Below, piece after piece: positions 13,311 to 24,973 of a DNA stretch of 64,000 nucleotides (within the stretch, counting starts at the first letter, position 1; each line of letters begins with the position of its first letter). The position numbers and the translations under genes were made by a program. The notes under the pieces were generated by a model, which was given only the letters and a program-made list of their open reading frames with translations, ran no database searches and had not been told where the DNA came from. This DNA is from Malacoraja senta (Eukaryota): positions 248,001 through 312,000 of the forward strand of contig JAXLNO010000260.1 of the NCBI GenBank assembly GCA_038087875.1, written 5' to 3'.

Positions 13311-14370
13311 CAATCCACAAAGCTATAGGTTGGGAGGGGAATATAAATGGTGTTTAAAAATCTTTTTCAAGTAGTTATGGACAAAACTTTATTTCTGATA
13401 AAGGGAGAGGAGAAGAAACATTATCAGCTTTTTCAGAAAACAGATACATTGAATTGATTCATGTTTTGAACTGCACAAAGTATATGAGTTACTCCAGTTG
13501 ATGTCATGTGCCTGAAAATTGCTTATTTGGCATGAATTTTAAATAATCTATGATGAAAAGCTTCACAATAGCTCAAAGAGCATTGCAGAATATAACAGTT
13601 AATTGATGATTTTGAAAATATTTGAAAGTGCCAGAATCTCTATTGGAGCAAACAGCACTCAAATGTTCACATGAACTTAAAAGTAACAGAACATTGCAGT
13701 GCAGGGCTGTGAAAGTAATTCACAAGTTACCAGCAGCAGAGATGTTACCTAATAATGCTTCATCGGCTGCACCTAATTAGCAGATCTTTGTTCAACATGG
13801 TGTGCATGTGAATATATGCATTTTAATAGGGCAATGCAATGGTGGGCTGATATTTGCTTTGTTGTATTTTGTTTCCAAGATCTCAACATCACAGGCAAGA
13901 CCATAATTAAGTACTCAATCCTAATTTCTCTGGAGAAGATAGCGATAAACTGCATTCCTGTAATGCTGTGACCCTTCTGGTGAAATAAACCCATGTTTGT
14001 TTTCTCAGTTATGGAATTCCAGAATACAGTTCCACTGGGATGAAGGAAAACAAAAATGTTTCCAAGTTGGGATTGTACTAAAAGGAAAAAATGCAGCTGA
14101 TGATATGCCCAAGACCCTGCTTTCCTCACCTGCGTTCTTGGAGGTAACGATCATGACCATCAGAAAGGCATAGGCAAGGCATTTTGCATAATGCAGAAAA
14201 GGAACAATGGGTGTGAAGGAATTAAATACTACCAACATGTCCCATCAATACTAGTTCCATCTGCTGCCTGTGTTTGGCCCTTATCCCTCTAAACCTATCC
14301 TATCTGTGTACATGTCTAAATGTTTCTTCAGCTTTACAATAGTACCTGCAAAATTATGCTCTCTTTATAT

Positions 14371-15158
14371 GGCCTGTCCCACCTAGGTGACTTTTTAGGC
14401 AACTGCAGGAGACTCTGCGGTCACCACATGTTCGCGGGTGGTTGCCAGGTAGTCGCCTTCATGGTCATGTGGAGTTCCCGCATTCTGGGAACTAGTCACG
14501 GCCTCATTATGGTTGCTGCAAATTTATCAACATGTTGAAAAATTAGCGGCGAACAGAATGAAGCCGCCATGGAGAGTAGCGAGAATTCTCGTGCCGTAGG
14601 TGGGTCGCCAGGAGGTCCTAGTGGGACGCCAGGAGGTCGAAGGTTCTCGTAGGTTCTCGTAGGTTGTAACCGGTGCTGACCGGTGAATTTCATTGGCTCA
14701 TTGGGGAAAAAAAACGTAAGCAGTAGTTTTCAGAACCAAGGATATGCCGGTAATGTTAAATGTCCGCCGAGCTTCACAACCGTGTATCTCTGGCTTCATA
14801 AAAATTGTCTCCACTCCTTCTTCTCCCCCCTTCTACCCCCCCTCCCCACCCCCTCTCCCCCCGCTTTTAAAGGATTTACCGTACACTGTGCTTAGCCGTC
14901 TTAAATACAGCGCCAACCTTCCTGTTCATCACGGTGTGTGTCTGTATCACTTTGGCTTTGCACCGTGTGAATTTCACTCAGACAGCGTTCCCCCCGCTTG
15001 CCCTGTCCTCTGCCTGCATAACGGGCTGGTGAAGGAAGCGATGTGTTTGTGTGTTCCACTCTGACAGTCGCCGTTCCAGTTGCCGGATTTTCAGGTGACT
15101 GCTGGCAACTTGATAGTAGCCGGCAGTCGCCTGCAAAATCGCCTAAGTGGGACAGGCC
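14371..15158. mobile_element. PIF/Harbinger-like MITE
   Basis: TIRs GGCCTGTCCCACCTAGGTGACTTTT and AAAATCGCCTAAGTGGGACAGGCC in TA-rich flanks; no coding capacity. Confidence 0.85.
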
Positions 15159-16361
15159 TATTACCTTGAAGTCCAGGGATTGACCACAGCTTTTGAATTT
15201 ATAATCTTTACCCAATATCCAAAAGTTAACTGCTAAAGATTACTAGACATCTGTGGTGGAAATTCCTGGCTCCATTTATTAATGCTTGTGGTTAAGGCAA
15301 TGGAGATGGCAGAATTTCAAGGCTCTGCATAATGAAAGAGTTGAAACTAACAGGTGGTATAATTTTCTGGACAAAGCAGCTCATATCCTCTTTCTTCCTA
15401 AGTGAATTCAGCACTGGCCAGTAGAAATGTGGCCCACAAATGTTTTCTGGCCTGGAATATGATGCAGAATGTTTAGAGTAGTTTTAAATTGGTTATTTTA
15501 TAATGTAAGGGATTAGATTTTTTTTAAACACTTTAATATCCATTGATTTAGCTTCAATGGAAATGTGGAATTGCATTTCTCACCCCCGTCTTTCCTGACC
15601 TTGCCCTGATCCCAAGAAATCAGGCAGAAAGATGCTGATAGATTGCCAGTAGATGTCACCAACTGTTTAATTGCTTTCAAGGCCACAGTGGAAGGATTGG
15701 ATGATTTTCTTCTAATGTCTATTCTTCACAGTCATAGATTCTTCCATTAGCAGATGCAGTGAATTTGGTGAATCGTGAAAAAATGATCTAACAGTCTCTT
15801 GGTCACAACATGGATGCACTGTGACCTTGCAGCAATATTCTGGGCCTTTGCTAATTCCCTTCACATTTTGAAAAAAGCATTCACTTAAATGTCTTCATTG
15901 CATGCTTTTATAACTGTGAACACAATACATTCCTATTCATTTTTTTTTGTTTATTTAATACTCTGGACCAAGAATAGATTCATGATCTCATTTTTTGTTG
16001 TTATAATACTTGATTCTTGAACCAAATTGGATTTGATATCTGATAAAACTCAATCCTTTTGGCTTTTGAAGGGATGTGCTATCTTTTGATTCCTATATCA
16101 CATAAATAAAGTGATGAGCAGTCAGGTCCAAAAGATGAAAGCACTTTTTGGACATTTTTTGACATTCAACATTTTCCTTTCTGATCTGAGAAGGGAGCAC
16201 TTTTTTTGTTTAGTTTTATTTAACATGTACATCTATTCTGAGTCAAGCAGCAGCTTAGTGTAGCTCATGGACTCCACTTTTAAAATTTGTCAATGACAAA
16301 AGTGTACCACTACTTAGTCCGCACCCCAATTGTAGGCTGGTTTATCTCAGAGATCCTGGTA

Positions 16362-18006
16362 GCAGCAATGTTACAAAATTTTGAGATTTTAAAAATCAAG
16401 TCTGTAATTTATCGCATCAGATAAAGCATAAAAAGACGTTTAATTTGACACCTAATTCACTTTGATATCTTCAGTATTAAAAATGTTATGGCCATTTTCA
16501 TACTCGGAAATTAGCATCTTGTTCCCTATTGCTTTTCCATTGACTTAACACAAAAGCTTTGATCGAGGACAGTCAAAAGCCCATAACTTTCTTATAAAAT
16601 TAAGAGAACTGAAAGAAATTTTCAGTTATTATAGATTGAAGCATTCTGAAACAAATATGAAACAATCTTACTTGGATGACCTGAAATTAAAGCATATAAT
16701 TAGTTAGTTACCTAATTGTAGCTAATTACAAAATTCAATTACTAGATCTAAACATCTATCAATTTCACAAGAATAGATTAAAGGCTCTGTCTTACCTGTT
16801 TGCGGTCATCGGCGGTGAAGCGCGGCGTCGCCGGTAGCGAGGACCGCGCGGCAACGGCGAGAGCGTCGAGCCTATCCACCGGAGCGCCGCACGGATGCTG
16901 CGCGGGGGCCGAATTAATTCAAACACGGCGGGTCCCATGTGCTTGCAGTAAGTAAAAAAAAGGGCGGGCCGACTGCGATGACGTCGGCCCGCCGCACGTG
17001 ACTCACCAGCGGCGGCTGTGGCGGCGGCCATCCTGATCGCGGCGCTGTGCATGCGGCCGTGCAGCACACGTGCCTCACTGGCGGCGGCACGTGCCTCACT
17101 GGCGGAGGCTGTGGCAGTGGAGGTTTGACGCACGGCGCTCGAGCCACACTGGCGGCGGCCCGTGCGGGCGGCCGTGCCGCACTTGTGCATCACTGGTGGA
17201 GGTTGTGCGGTGAGTATATGGTTTTCGACATTGTCGATTTTATTTTAGCACCGCGCGGTGTTGGGAACAACGCCGCACGGCCCGGGAATTGTACATTCTC
17301 ATGAGTGCGCGGTCTATGGCGGCAGATTCTTCCCGTTTCGCCGCCAATGACCGCAGACTCGTGAGACAGGCCTTTAAAAATTTTAAAAAGCCTAAGTGTC
17401 CAAATAACATTCACACAAGAATTCACAATATAACATAATTTTTAAATCTCATTGTCATGGATTTATAGGCCAAATGGAAGGAATTTAATGTTTAAAACCT
17501 GTAAATTAATGGCCATTTAAATCATCTTGCGAGTGGGATTTTCTGGAACGCGATCATTTGGAACGTTGATTTAAGGTGAATTTAAACCCGTATCGGCATG
17601 AAAAATACTGCCGATTCGTACGGGGAAAAAAATCACCGTTTCGCAACTTAAAATGTGAATTAAAGGCCTCTTAAGGAGCACTTTTATACATAAAATAAAC
17701 TGCTTTCCTTTACCTGTCCCGTGTGTGAAATCCATCCCCGTTGTCGGCGTTGACGGCTTTAGAAGCTGATTTTAAAATAACTCCAGCGCTGAACTTGTCG
17801 GGCGAATAAAAAAAAAAATACACAAAACGCCCGTCGGAACGATTCTTCAGCAAAAGCTTGCACTCCAACGAAATATAATACAGGACAAGGTAGGAGAAGC
17901 CCGCGTTTTAACCCCACTCCCCCCCCCCTCAAAGGTGCCAAAATCGCGCACACGGCCAGTGGCAGAATTGCAGCGCCGCTGAAGGTAAGTATTGTAACAT
18001 ACCTAC
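16362..18006 (+). mobile_element. Unclassified non-autonomous DNA transposon, copy 1 (5-bp TSD), with a nested MITE
   Basis: TSD TGGTA at 16357-16361 and 18007-18011. Imperfect TIRs GCAGCAATGTTACAA and TTGTAACATACCTAC. Homologous along its length to inverted copy 2 at 56089-57132. Confidence 0.88.
16782..17374. mobile_element. GC-rich MITE nested in the 5-bp-TSD element (Harbinger-like; TAA or TTAA TSD)
   Basis: About 38-bp imperfect TIRs (AGGCTCTGTCTTACCTGTTTGCGGTCATCGGCGG and CCGCCAATGACCGCAGACTCGTGAGACAGGCCT). Absent from the matching position of copy 2. Confidence 0.85.
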
Positions 18007-19344
18007 TGGTAGTGCTAACAGACAGCTGGTGGGTTTTGCACAGTCTTGATTGTAGCAATAACAAAACTGGGGGAATGGGTGGTGATAACCAGTCTATTTG
18101 GTAAGAATGCAGCTTTCACTTTCTTAGACTCTTGTTCTTCCTCGTCTTCCTTTTTCTTGGGTGAATGCCAACTGAATGAATCATCCTGGGGAGATGATGA
18201 GTTTTGTTGAATATTGTTGGAGTCACAGACATCCACACATGACACCCTATTAGTGAAGGAATGCAATAGATAATATTTTTTCTCTTCAGAAATATAGGTT
18301 ATATGAATAAATCTCTTGTTGTTTTGTACATATATGTATAATGTAAATTGCATATGCCAAATAAATGATAAAGTCTTTGGGAAGATATTCTTAATTGCAT
18401 CTTCAGAAGATTACACTTAAGAAGCAATTTATACCCTTGCTGCGTTTCGGTCTGACTTTAGTTTGGCAAAAGGTGCCAGACCTTATTGGAATAATTAATC
18501 GATAGACTTGTAGATATGAAAGCTCGGGAAAATAAATGTATGCGTCTCTTTTATCTTCGGCGATTGTCGTCAATTCTTCAGAAAAAGCTTTTGATTATAT
18601 GATCATAGCAGTCCAGGATGGAATTTTTTTGTGAATATAAAACGAATAACGGTTTGGCCAATTTGCTATTAGTGTCCATTTCAAAGTGTCTTTGCTGTGA
18701 ACACATCTTGGTCAAGCTCTTTTACATTGCTTAATGCCATTAATGTTAGTTCTACTCTGCATCGTGTAAGAAAAGCTGCTTGAAATCAGTTTGTAGCAGA
18801 ATATTGGAGATGATGGGGATGTAACCATAAGCTCATTAGCTGTGTCTGCACAATAAAAAAACTTTCATCAAAGTTATTTTTTCTAAAGGGAATAATAGAT
18901 CACAAGACAATATTATAACCAGAATTTATCCTTCAGTTTGAAACTGCTTTTGAAATCATATTCTGGGAACTTTAGCAGACCATGATGCATCCCCTACTCA
19001 TGTTAACTCCTTCTATATTTACCACAAACCTTCATCATGTGCTGTAATATTTAAGATTATGAGTAAATTATCATCAAAATCTCATTGGCATCCCCCCTCT
19101 CTTTCATAGATGCTTTTAACATCATGCTTAAAAATACTCAAATGAAATTATCAAAATGAGATGTCCAGGTAGAAATATGTCCTTAATTGCTTGTTCTAAA
19201 TGCACAATACATGTTTTTAACATTTTCTTTACCTTATTTCCAAAAGGCCCAAGAAGCATCAATTTACAGTGACAAGAACATCCCTGATCGCATGCGGGCA
19301 CTGTCCCTCATCGTCATGGCCCATATGTGTTGGCGCCGGTGATC

Positions 19345-19720
19345 TCGGGCTTGTCCCAGCAGCTCAGTCTTGGTCTCAAAGGAAGAGATGTAGAGATCTC
19401 AGCCTTCTCCCTTCAGTTCACCCTTGCTTCAAGAGGAGGCTCTGGTGGTCACACCCTTATCCCGGCAGCTCAAATTTAGCCTTGAAGAGATGGCTCTAGT
19501 GGTCTCTTATCCCAGTGGCTCAGTTTTTGCCATTGTGTACGGGTCCCTCATTGTCTGTGGACAGTAAGAGGCACTGACGTCTCAGACTTGCCCCGGCCAC
19601 TCAGTCTTAGCCACAGTCGAGGCTCTAGTTGTCTAGGGCTTTTACCTGGCAGCCCAGTCTTGACCACACGATGGTGCAGGTGGTTTCGCCTTTGTCCCAG
19701 AGGCTCAGTCTTCCTCACAC
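19345..19720. repeat. Degenerate tandem repeat of about 52 bp, about 7 copies
   Basis: Recurring frame cttgtcccggcagctcagtctt...ggctctagtggtc at about 19350, 19403, 19456, 19506, 19587, 19638 and 19691. Confidence 0.6.
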
Positions 19721-20850
19721 CTGTGACAGCTAGCAGGGAGGTGGCCCACTTTCTCCCCCTAACACCCTCTCTCTTCTTTCTCTCCTGCTAAGTCTCTCAC
19801 CCTTTCCCATATATATTTTGTTTATTTACACTCCTGTATTCCAACTATTTAATGATAATAGGGAAGCAACTGTTATCTATTCTTGGTGATCTTAAGTTTT
19901 TCATGTTAATAATTCTGTTTCTTTAAGTTGAGAACAAGATGGAGCTGGTCACATAAGTAAATACCACTCATTTAACTCCAGGTAAATAGGGGAGGGGCTG
20001 GTTCGAAGAGAATAAACATTTCATAGTTGGTATGCTAAATTATATGATTATGCTTTGGTGGCTTATTTTCAACTTCCATCTGATTTTCGTTTTACCATCA
20101 AATGAAACAGAAGCATGAGTAATTCATCCACCTCCTCCATTTGTGCTGCGCCTTGTAGACTCATTTTTATTCCAACTGTAAATGGGACTGAATATGCATA
20201 GAGGCAGTTAGTAAAGTATCTAAAGGACGATATGCATGTCGCAAGATTTTCCTGTCAGCATTGGACTATTTGCTCCAATTCTTTTGGAACTCCATACAGA
20301 GTTTTGGAGCTAGATACAGAGAATTCAATTCCTAAATGGAATCTGGCCGTTTGAACTTGCTGGAAGGAGGCATCCAGACACACAGAGGTGAGGTGCTAAG
20401 CAATGAAGCGTCCATTGAGATTACTGAGGCATCATGTCTTATGACTTGATCCAACCCATTCCCCAAAGAAATGCTTTAACAGGTGCTATGACACATCATC
20501 TCGATTTTGTTATTGTGATAAATCTTGTGTGTTTCTGACTTCAAGAAACATTCACAAACCATGAGCATTGTACAAGAATACCTCGAAAATAATTTGAATT
20601 TTACAAATGGACATGACCTTAAAATTCTCTTTAGATCACTTTAAACTATTCAATACATAGTATTAATACTTTCAGTTTTAAATTTTAGTTATCTGGTACA
20701 TCTCTCTCAGGTCTTCCTTTCCATTCAATTAATGGAGACATTGTTCGTGCCAAATTCACTTTCAAGGTCAGAAACCACACACAAAGAGCAGCCAGCAACT
20801 TTGGAACATACACTAGTGTGTACTTAATAAGAAACTCCAAATCTGGTGAC

Positions 20851-20898
20851 ATTGATTGCCTCCATGTCACCAAATCTGGTGACATGGAGGCAATCAAT
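20851..20898. repeat. Perfect 22-bp inverted repeat with 4-nt loop
   Basis: ATTGATTGCCTCCATGTCACCA-AATC-TGGTGACATGGAGGCAATCAAT. Confidence 0.95.
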
Positions 20899-20910
20899 CA
20901 TCCACACATT

Positions 20911-21110
20911 GGGGGTGGAGGGGGCTGGGGCTGGGGGGGGTGGGAGGCGGGGTGCGGTGTGTGGGTTGTGGGGTGTGGGGGGGCGGTGCGGGGGTTGGGG
21001 GTCGAGAGGGGGGTTGCGGGGAGTTGGGCGGGTGTGGGGGGGCTGGGGGGATGGCGGGAGGGGGGGCGCGGGGAGCGTGGACTCCATTTGTGGGTGGGGA
21101 GTTGCGGGCA
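20911..21110 (+). repeat. G-rich low-complexity tract (G-quadruplex potential)
   Basis: Dense runs of three or more G separated by short loops. Confidence 0.85.
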
Positions 21111-21159
21111 CTCTCTCCCTCTCTCTCGTTCCCTCGATGGCAGTGTGCCACATTCCCCT

Positions 21160-21455
21160 CACTCCCGTGGCGACCAGCGTACATGGAAGGCATCCAGCGT
21201 CCCTGCGGACACCGCGTGTTCCCTCTCCAGGGTCACATGAGCACGGACATAGGCCCGGAAGAGGGGCAGGCAGCCGACTCTGGTGTGATCATCGATCGCC
21301 CACTGCCTGGACCCGTGAATGGGCATCTTGGCCAGGCCCAGGAGTAAACCGACATGGAGATCCTCACACACTCCATATAAATGTGGAACACGGTCTCTAC
21401 CTCACCGCAGAAAGTACAGGAGGCCAGCGAGCCCATGAACTGGTTCTGTGCAATA
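21160..21455 (-). mobile_element. Tx1-clade LINE ORF2 C-terminal fragment with internal deletion
   Basis: Zinc knuckle CTFCGEVETVFHIYMEC, then after a frameshift LLLGLAKMPIHGSRQ...CLPLFRAYVRAHVTLEREHAVSAGTLDAFHVRW, resembling Tx1-type ORF2 ends. Confidence 0.8.
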
Positions 21456-21583
21456 TTCTCTTTCTCTTTTTCTTTTTCTTTTTCTTTTTCATGTTGAAAC
21501 TGGTGGAAATGATGAAGAACAATATGTTGGCAGTGGAGGCTGGTAGGGAAAGGTATTAGAACTGTTACTTGTGACATGATTTA

Positions 21584-22433
21584 AGCCCCTGTCCAACTTA
21601 GGAATCCTGAACGGGAACCTCTGGTGACCTTGCGCCCCACCCAAGGTTTCGACTATTTGGTCACTCAACCTAATAGTCAAAAGTGGTTACCGCATAGTCA
21701 AGGCTTCTTCTATCTTCCTGCGATTATTTCAACAAATTCAAAACTGGCCTCAACTAAAAATAGGTTGCCGTTTGGTCGAAGGCAGTGGAGTCAGTTTGCC
21801 ATTTACTTACAGGCAGTCAAAGACAATCTCCTTCGCTGACCGGACATTTTGATTGGCTCATTGGTGTTTTCAGCAAAGATCCTATAGGATCTTTGGTTTT
21901 CAGGACCTAGTAGATCTGCCAGAAGGTAAAATGCCCGCTAACTTTATTAAACTTCTTAAAACTGTCTCCACTCCTTCTCCCCCTCTTCTCTCCCCTTCTC
22001 CCCCCTTCTCTCCCCCTTCTCTCCCCCTTCTCTCCCCTTCTCTCCCCTTCTCTCCCCATCTCCCCCTTCTCACTCCCCTTCTCTCTCTCCTTCTCTTCCC
22101 CTTCTCTCCCCTTCTTTCCCCTTCTCTCCCTCCCTCCCGTGCTCTCTAAATGACTTACCGTGCTCTGTGGCAGCCGTTTACCTTCCTCTTCATCGTGCAG
22201 ACAGCACTCCTCCGCTGTCCCTGGCCCCACCTTCGCGATGTGTGTGTGTGTGTGTGTGTGTGTGCGGTTGGTAGCAAAGATCCTGTAGGATCTTTGGTCG
22301 GTAGATGCAGCTCACGCTTCGGTGGAGGCTTTCCAGGCGAGTGAACAAAACCTCTGGCGACTCATGGAAACCTTGGGTGGGGCGCAAGGTCACCAGAGGT
22401 TTCCGTTCAGGTTTCCTAAGTGGGACAGGGGCT
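21584..22433. mobile_element. PIF/Harbinger-like MITE with about 65-bp TIRs
   Basis: AGCCCCTGTCCAACTTAGGAATCCTGAACGGGAACCTCTGGTGACCTTGCGCCCCACCCAAGGTTTC is mirrored at 22367-22433. Flanks are TTA and TCA; internal (CCCCTTCTCT)n and (TG)n tracts. Confidence 0.88.
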
Positions 22434-23018
22434 TCACACAGACTCGTTGGACCAAATAGCCTCTGTCCATGAGGTAATTGCTCTCTGAAAATCTATGCAG
22501 TATATTACTTTTAAACCGATGCTGCTTTTTAACTGCAGCCATACCAGCAGAATCAAATGAAAATGACTGTAATTATTCCAGAAAGCTGTCGTCAAGAATT
22601 ATTACCGAACAGTGAAAACTTCTGGAGATGTATGTTGAGATTATCTCATAATGAGCCATTGATAATTACATCATAATCAGCAACCCTCTCATGTGGTGAT
22701 TGAGTAGACTCTACTCAGTAGAGGAAGACAACTTGTAATTGTTGACATTGCCAAGAGTCATGTCTGGTACTTTGACCACATTAGCATCCTGCATTCTTTC
22801 TCCGAAAGAGCGTACGTGAGAGACAGCACAAGTAATGGGGAGGGATCACAATTTTCCTCAGAGGTCATATTCTGACATATAGAGCCTTGGTTAATCAGAG
22901 AGATGAAGCGTTGGCAGAGGGTGGGCTGAGTGACGGGGATGGGAAATCAGTGGCAGCATGGGTTGATAAAAGGAAGATGATCTAAGAGAAAGGTGGGACA
23001 CCAGATGGCAGAAAAGGG

Positions 23019-24436
23019 AACATACAAACATAGATACATAGTAAATAGGTGCAGGAGTAGGCCATTCGGCCCTTCGAGCCTGCACCGCCATTCAATATGA
23101 TCATGGCTGATCATCCAACTCAGTATCCCGTACCTGCCTTCTCTCCATACCCCCTGATCCCCATAGCCACAAGGGCCACATCTAACTCCCTCTTAAATAT
23201 AGCCAATGAACTGGCCTCAACTACCTTCTGTGGCAGAGAGTTCCAGAGATTCACCACTCTCTGTGTGAAAAAGTTTTTCCTCATCCTTAAAGGATTTCCC
23301 CCTTATCCTTAAGCTGTGACCCCTTGTCCTGGACTTCCCCAACATCGGGAACAATCTTCCTGCATCTAGCCTGTCCAACCCCTTAAGAATTTTGTACGTT
23401 TCTATAAGATCCCCTCTCAATCTCCTAAATTCTAGTGAGTATAAGCCAAGTCTATCCAGTCTTTCTTCATATGAAAGTCCTGACATCCCAGGAATCAGTC
23501 TGGTGAACCTTCTCTGCACTCCCTCTATGGCTATAATGTCCTTCCTCAGATTTGGAGACCAAAACTGTACGCAATACTCCAGGTGTGGTCTCACCAAGAC
23601 CCTGTACAACTGCAGTAGAACCTCCCTGCTCCTATACTCAAATCCTCTTGCTATGAAGGCCAACATACCATTCGCTTTCTTCACTGCCTGCTGCACCTGC
23701 ATGCCTACTTTCAATGACTGGTGTACCATGACACCCAGGTCTCGCTGCATCTCCCCATTTCCTAATCGGCCACCATTTAGATAATAGTCTGCCTTCCCGT
23801 TTTTGCCACCAAAGTGGATAACCTCACATTTATCCACATTATACTGCATCTGCCAAACATTTGCCCACTCACCCAGCCTATCCAAGTCACCTTGCAGTCT
23901 CCTAGCATCCTCCTCACAGCTAACACTGCCCCCCCAGCTTAGTGTCATCCGCAAACTCGGAGATGTTGCTTTCAATTCCCTCGTCCAGATCATTAATATA
24001 AATTGTAAATAGCTGGGGTACCAGCACTGAGCCTTGCGGTACCCCACTAGTCACTGCCTGCCATTGTGAAAAGGACCCGTTTACTCCTACTCTTTGCTTC
24101 CTGTTTGCCAGCCAGTTCCCTATCCACATCAATACTGAACCCCCAATACCGTGTGATTTATGTTTGTAGCCTAATCTCTTATGTGGTACCTTGTCGAAAG
24201 CCTTCTGAAAGTCCAGATACAACACATCCACTGGTTCTCCCCTATCCACTCTACTAGTTACATCCTCGAAAAATTCTATAAGATTCGTCAGACACGATTT
24301 ACCTTTCGTAATTCCATGCTGACTTTGGCCAATGATTTCACCACTTTCCAAATGTGCTGTTATCCCATCTTTAATAACTGACTCTAGCAGTTTCCCCACT
24401 ACCGATGTTGGACTAACTGGTCTGTAATTCCCCGTT
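23019..24436 (-). mobile_element. CR1-clade LINE 3' 1.4 kb, same family as 9235-12307
   Basis: RT ORF pieces 23920-24453 and 23217-24047 ([23 protein letters not shown]); same 3' UTR and tail. Confidence 0.95.
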
Positions 24437-24455
24437 CCCCGAACGGGATTCAAAG

Positions 24456-24775
24456 GTTAGTTTAGTTTAGTTTAGTTTAGATTAGTTTAGAGATAAGGCA
24501 TGTAAACAGGGCCTTTGGTCCACCAAGTCCACGCCGACCAGCCATTACCCATACACTAGTTATATTCTACACACTAGGGACAATTTACAGAAGCCAATTA
24601 ACCTACAAACCTACATGTGGGAGGAGACCGGAGGAAACCGGAGCACCTGGAGAAAAACCACGGTGTTGCAGGGAGAACTTATAAACTCCATTTAGAGAGC
24701 GCCCGAGATCAGGATTAAATTTGGGTCACTGTCGCTGTAAGGCAGCAGCTCTACCGCTGTGTCACTGTGCCACCC
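24456..24775 (-). mobile_element. tRNA-derived V-SINE (HE1-like)
   Basis: Minus strand has a tRNA-like head (GGTGGCACAGTG...GCGGTAGAGCTGCTGCCTTACAGC), a V-domain-like GGTGCTCCGGTTTCCTCC, a CR1-like 3' end and an (AAACT)n tail. Confidence 0.85.
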
Positions 24776-24973
24776 TCATTCCACGGGAAAGCTATAGGAA
24801 TTATCTAAGTGGGTTCTGTGACTTTCTCTGTACTGTGAAGTCCTGGATGCTTTGCCAAACTACAACTGCTTGCATGTGTAGGAAGGAACTGTAGATGTTG
24901 GTTTAAATCGAAGATAGACACAAAATGCTGGAGTAACTCAGTGGGACAGGCATCATCTCTGGAGCTAAGGAAT

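Noticed and set aside
16792..17426. GC-rich ORFs or a CpG-island promoter of a host gene
   Set aside because: They lie almost entirely inside a TIR-bounded MITE nested in another transposon.
18430..18846. Possible exon upstream of the 18015-18248 frame
   Set aside because: All three minus-strand frames after the acceptor-like site hit stop codons.
20818..21559. Gly/Pro-rich ORFs in many frames
   Set aside because: Artefact of a G-rich low-complexity tract plus antisense Tx1 sequence.
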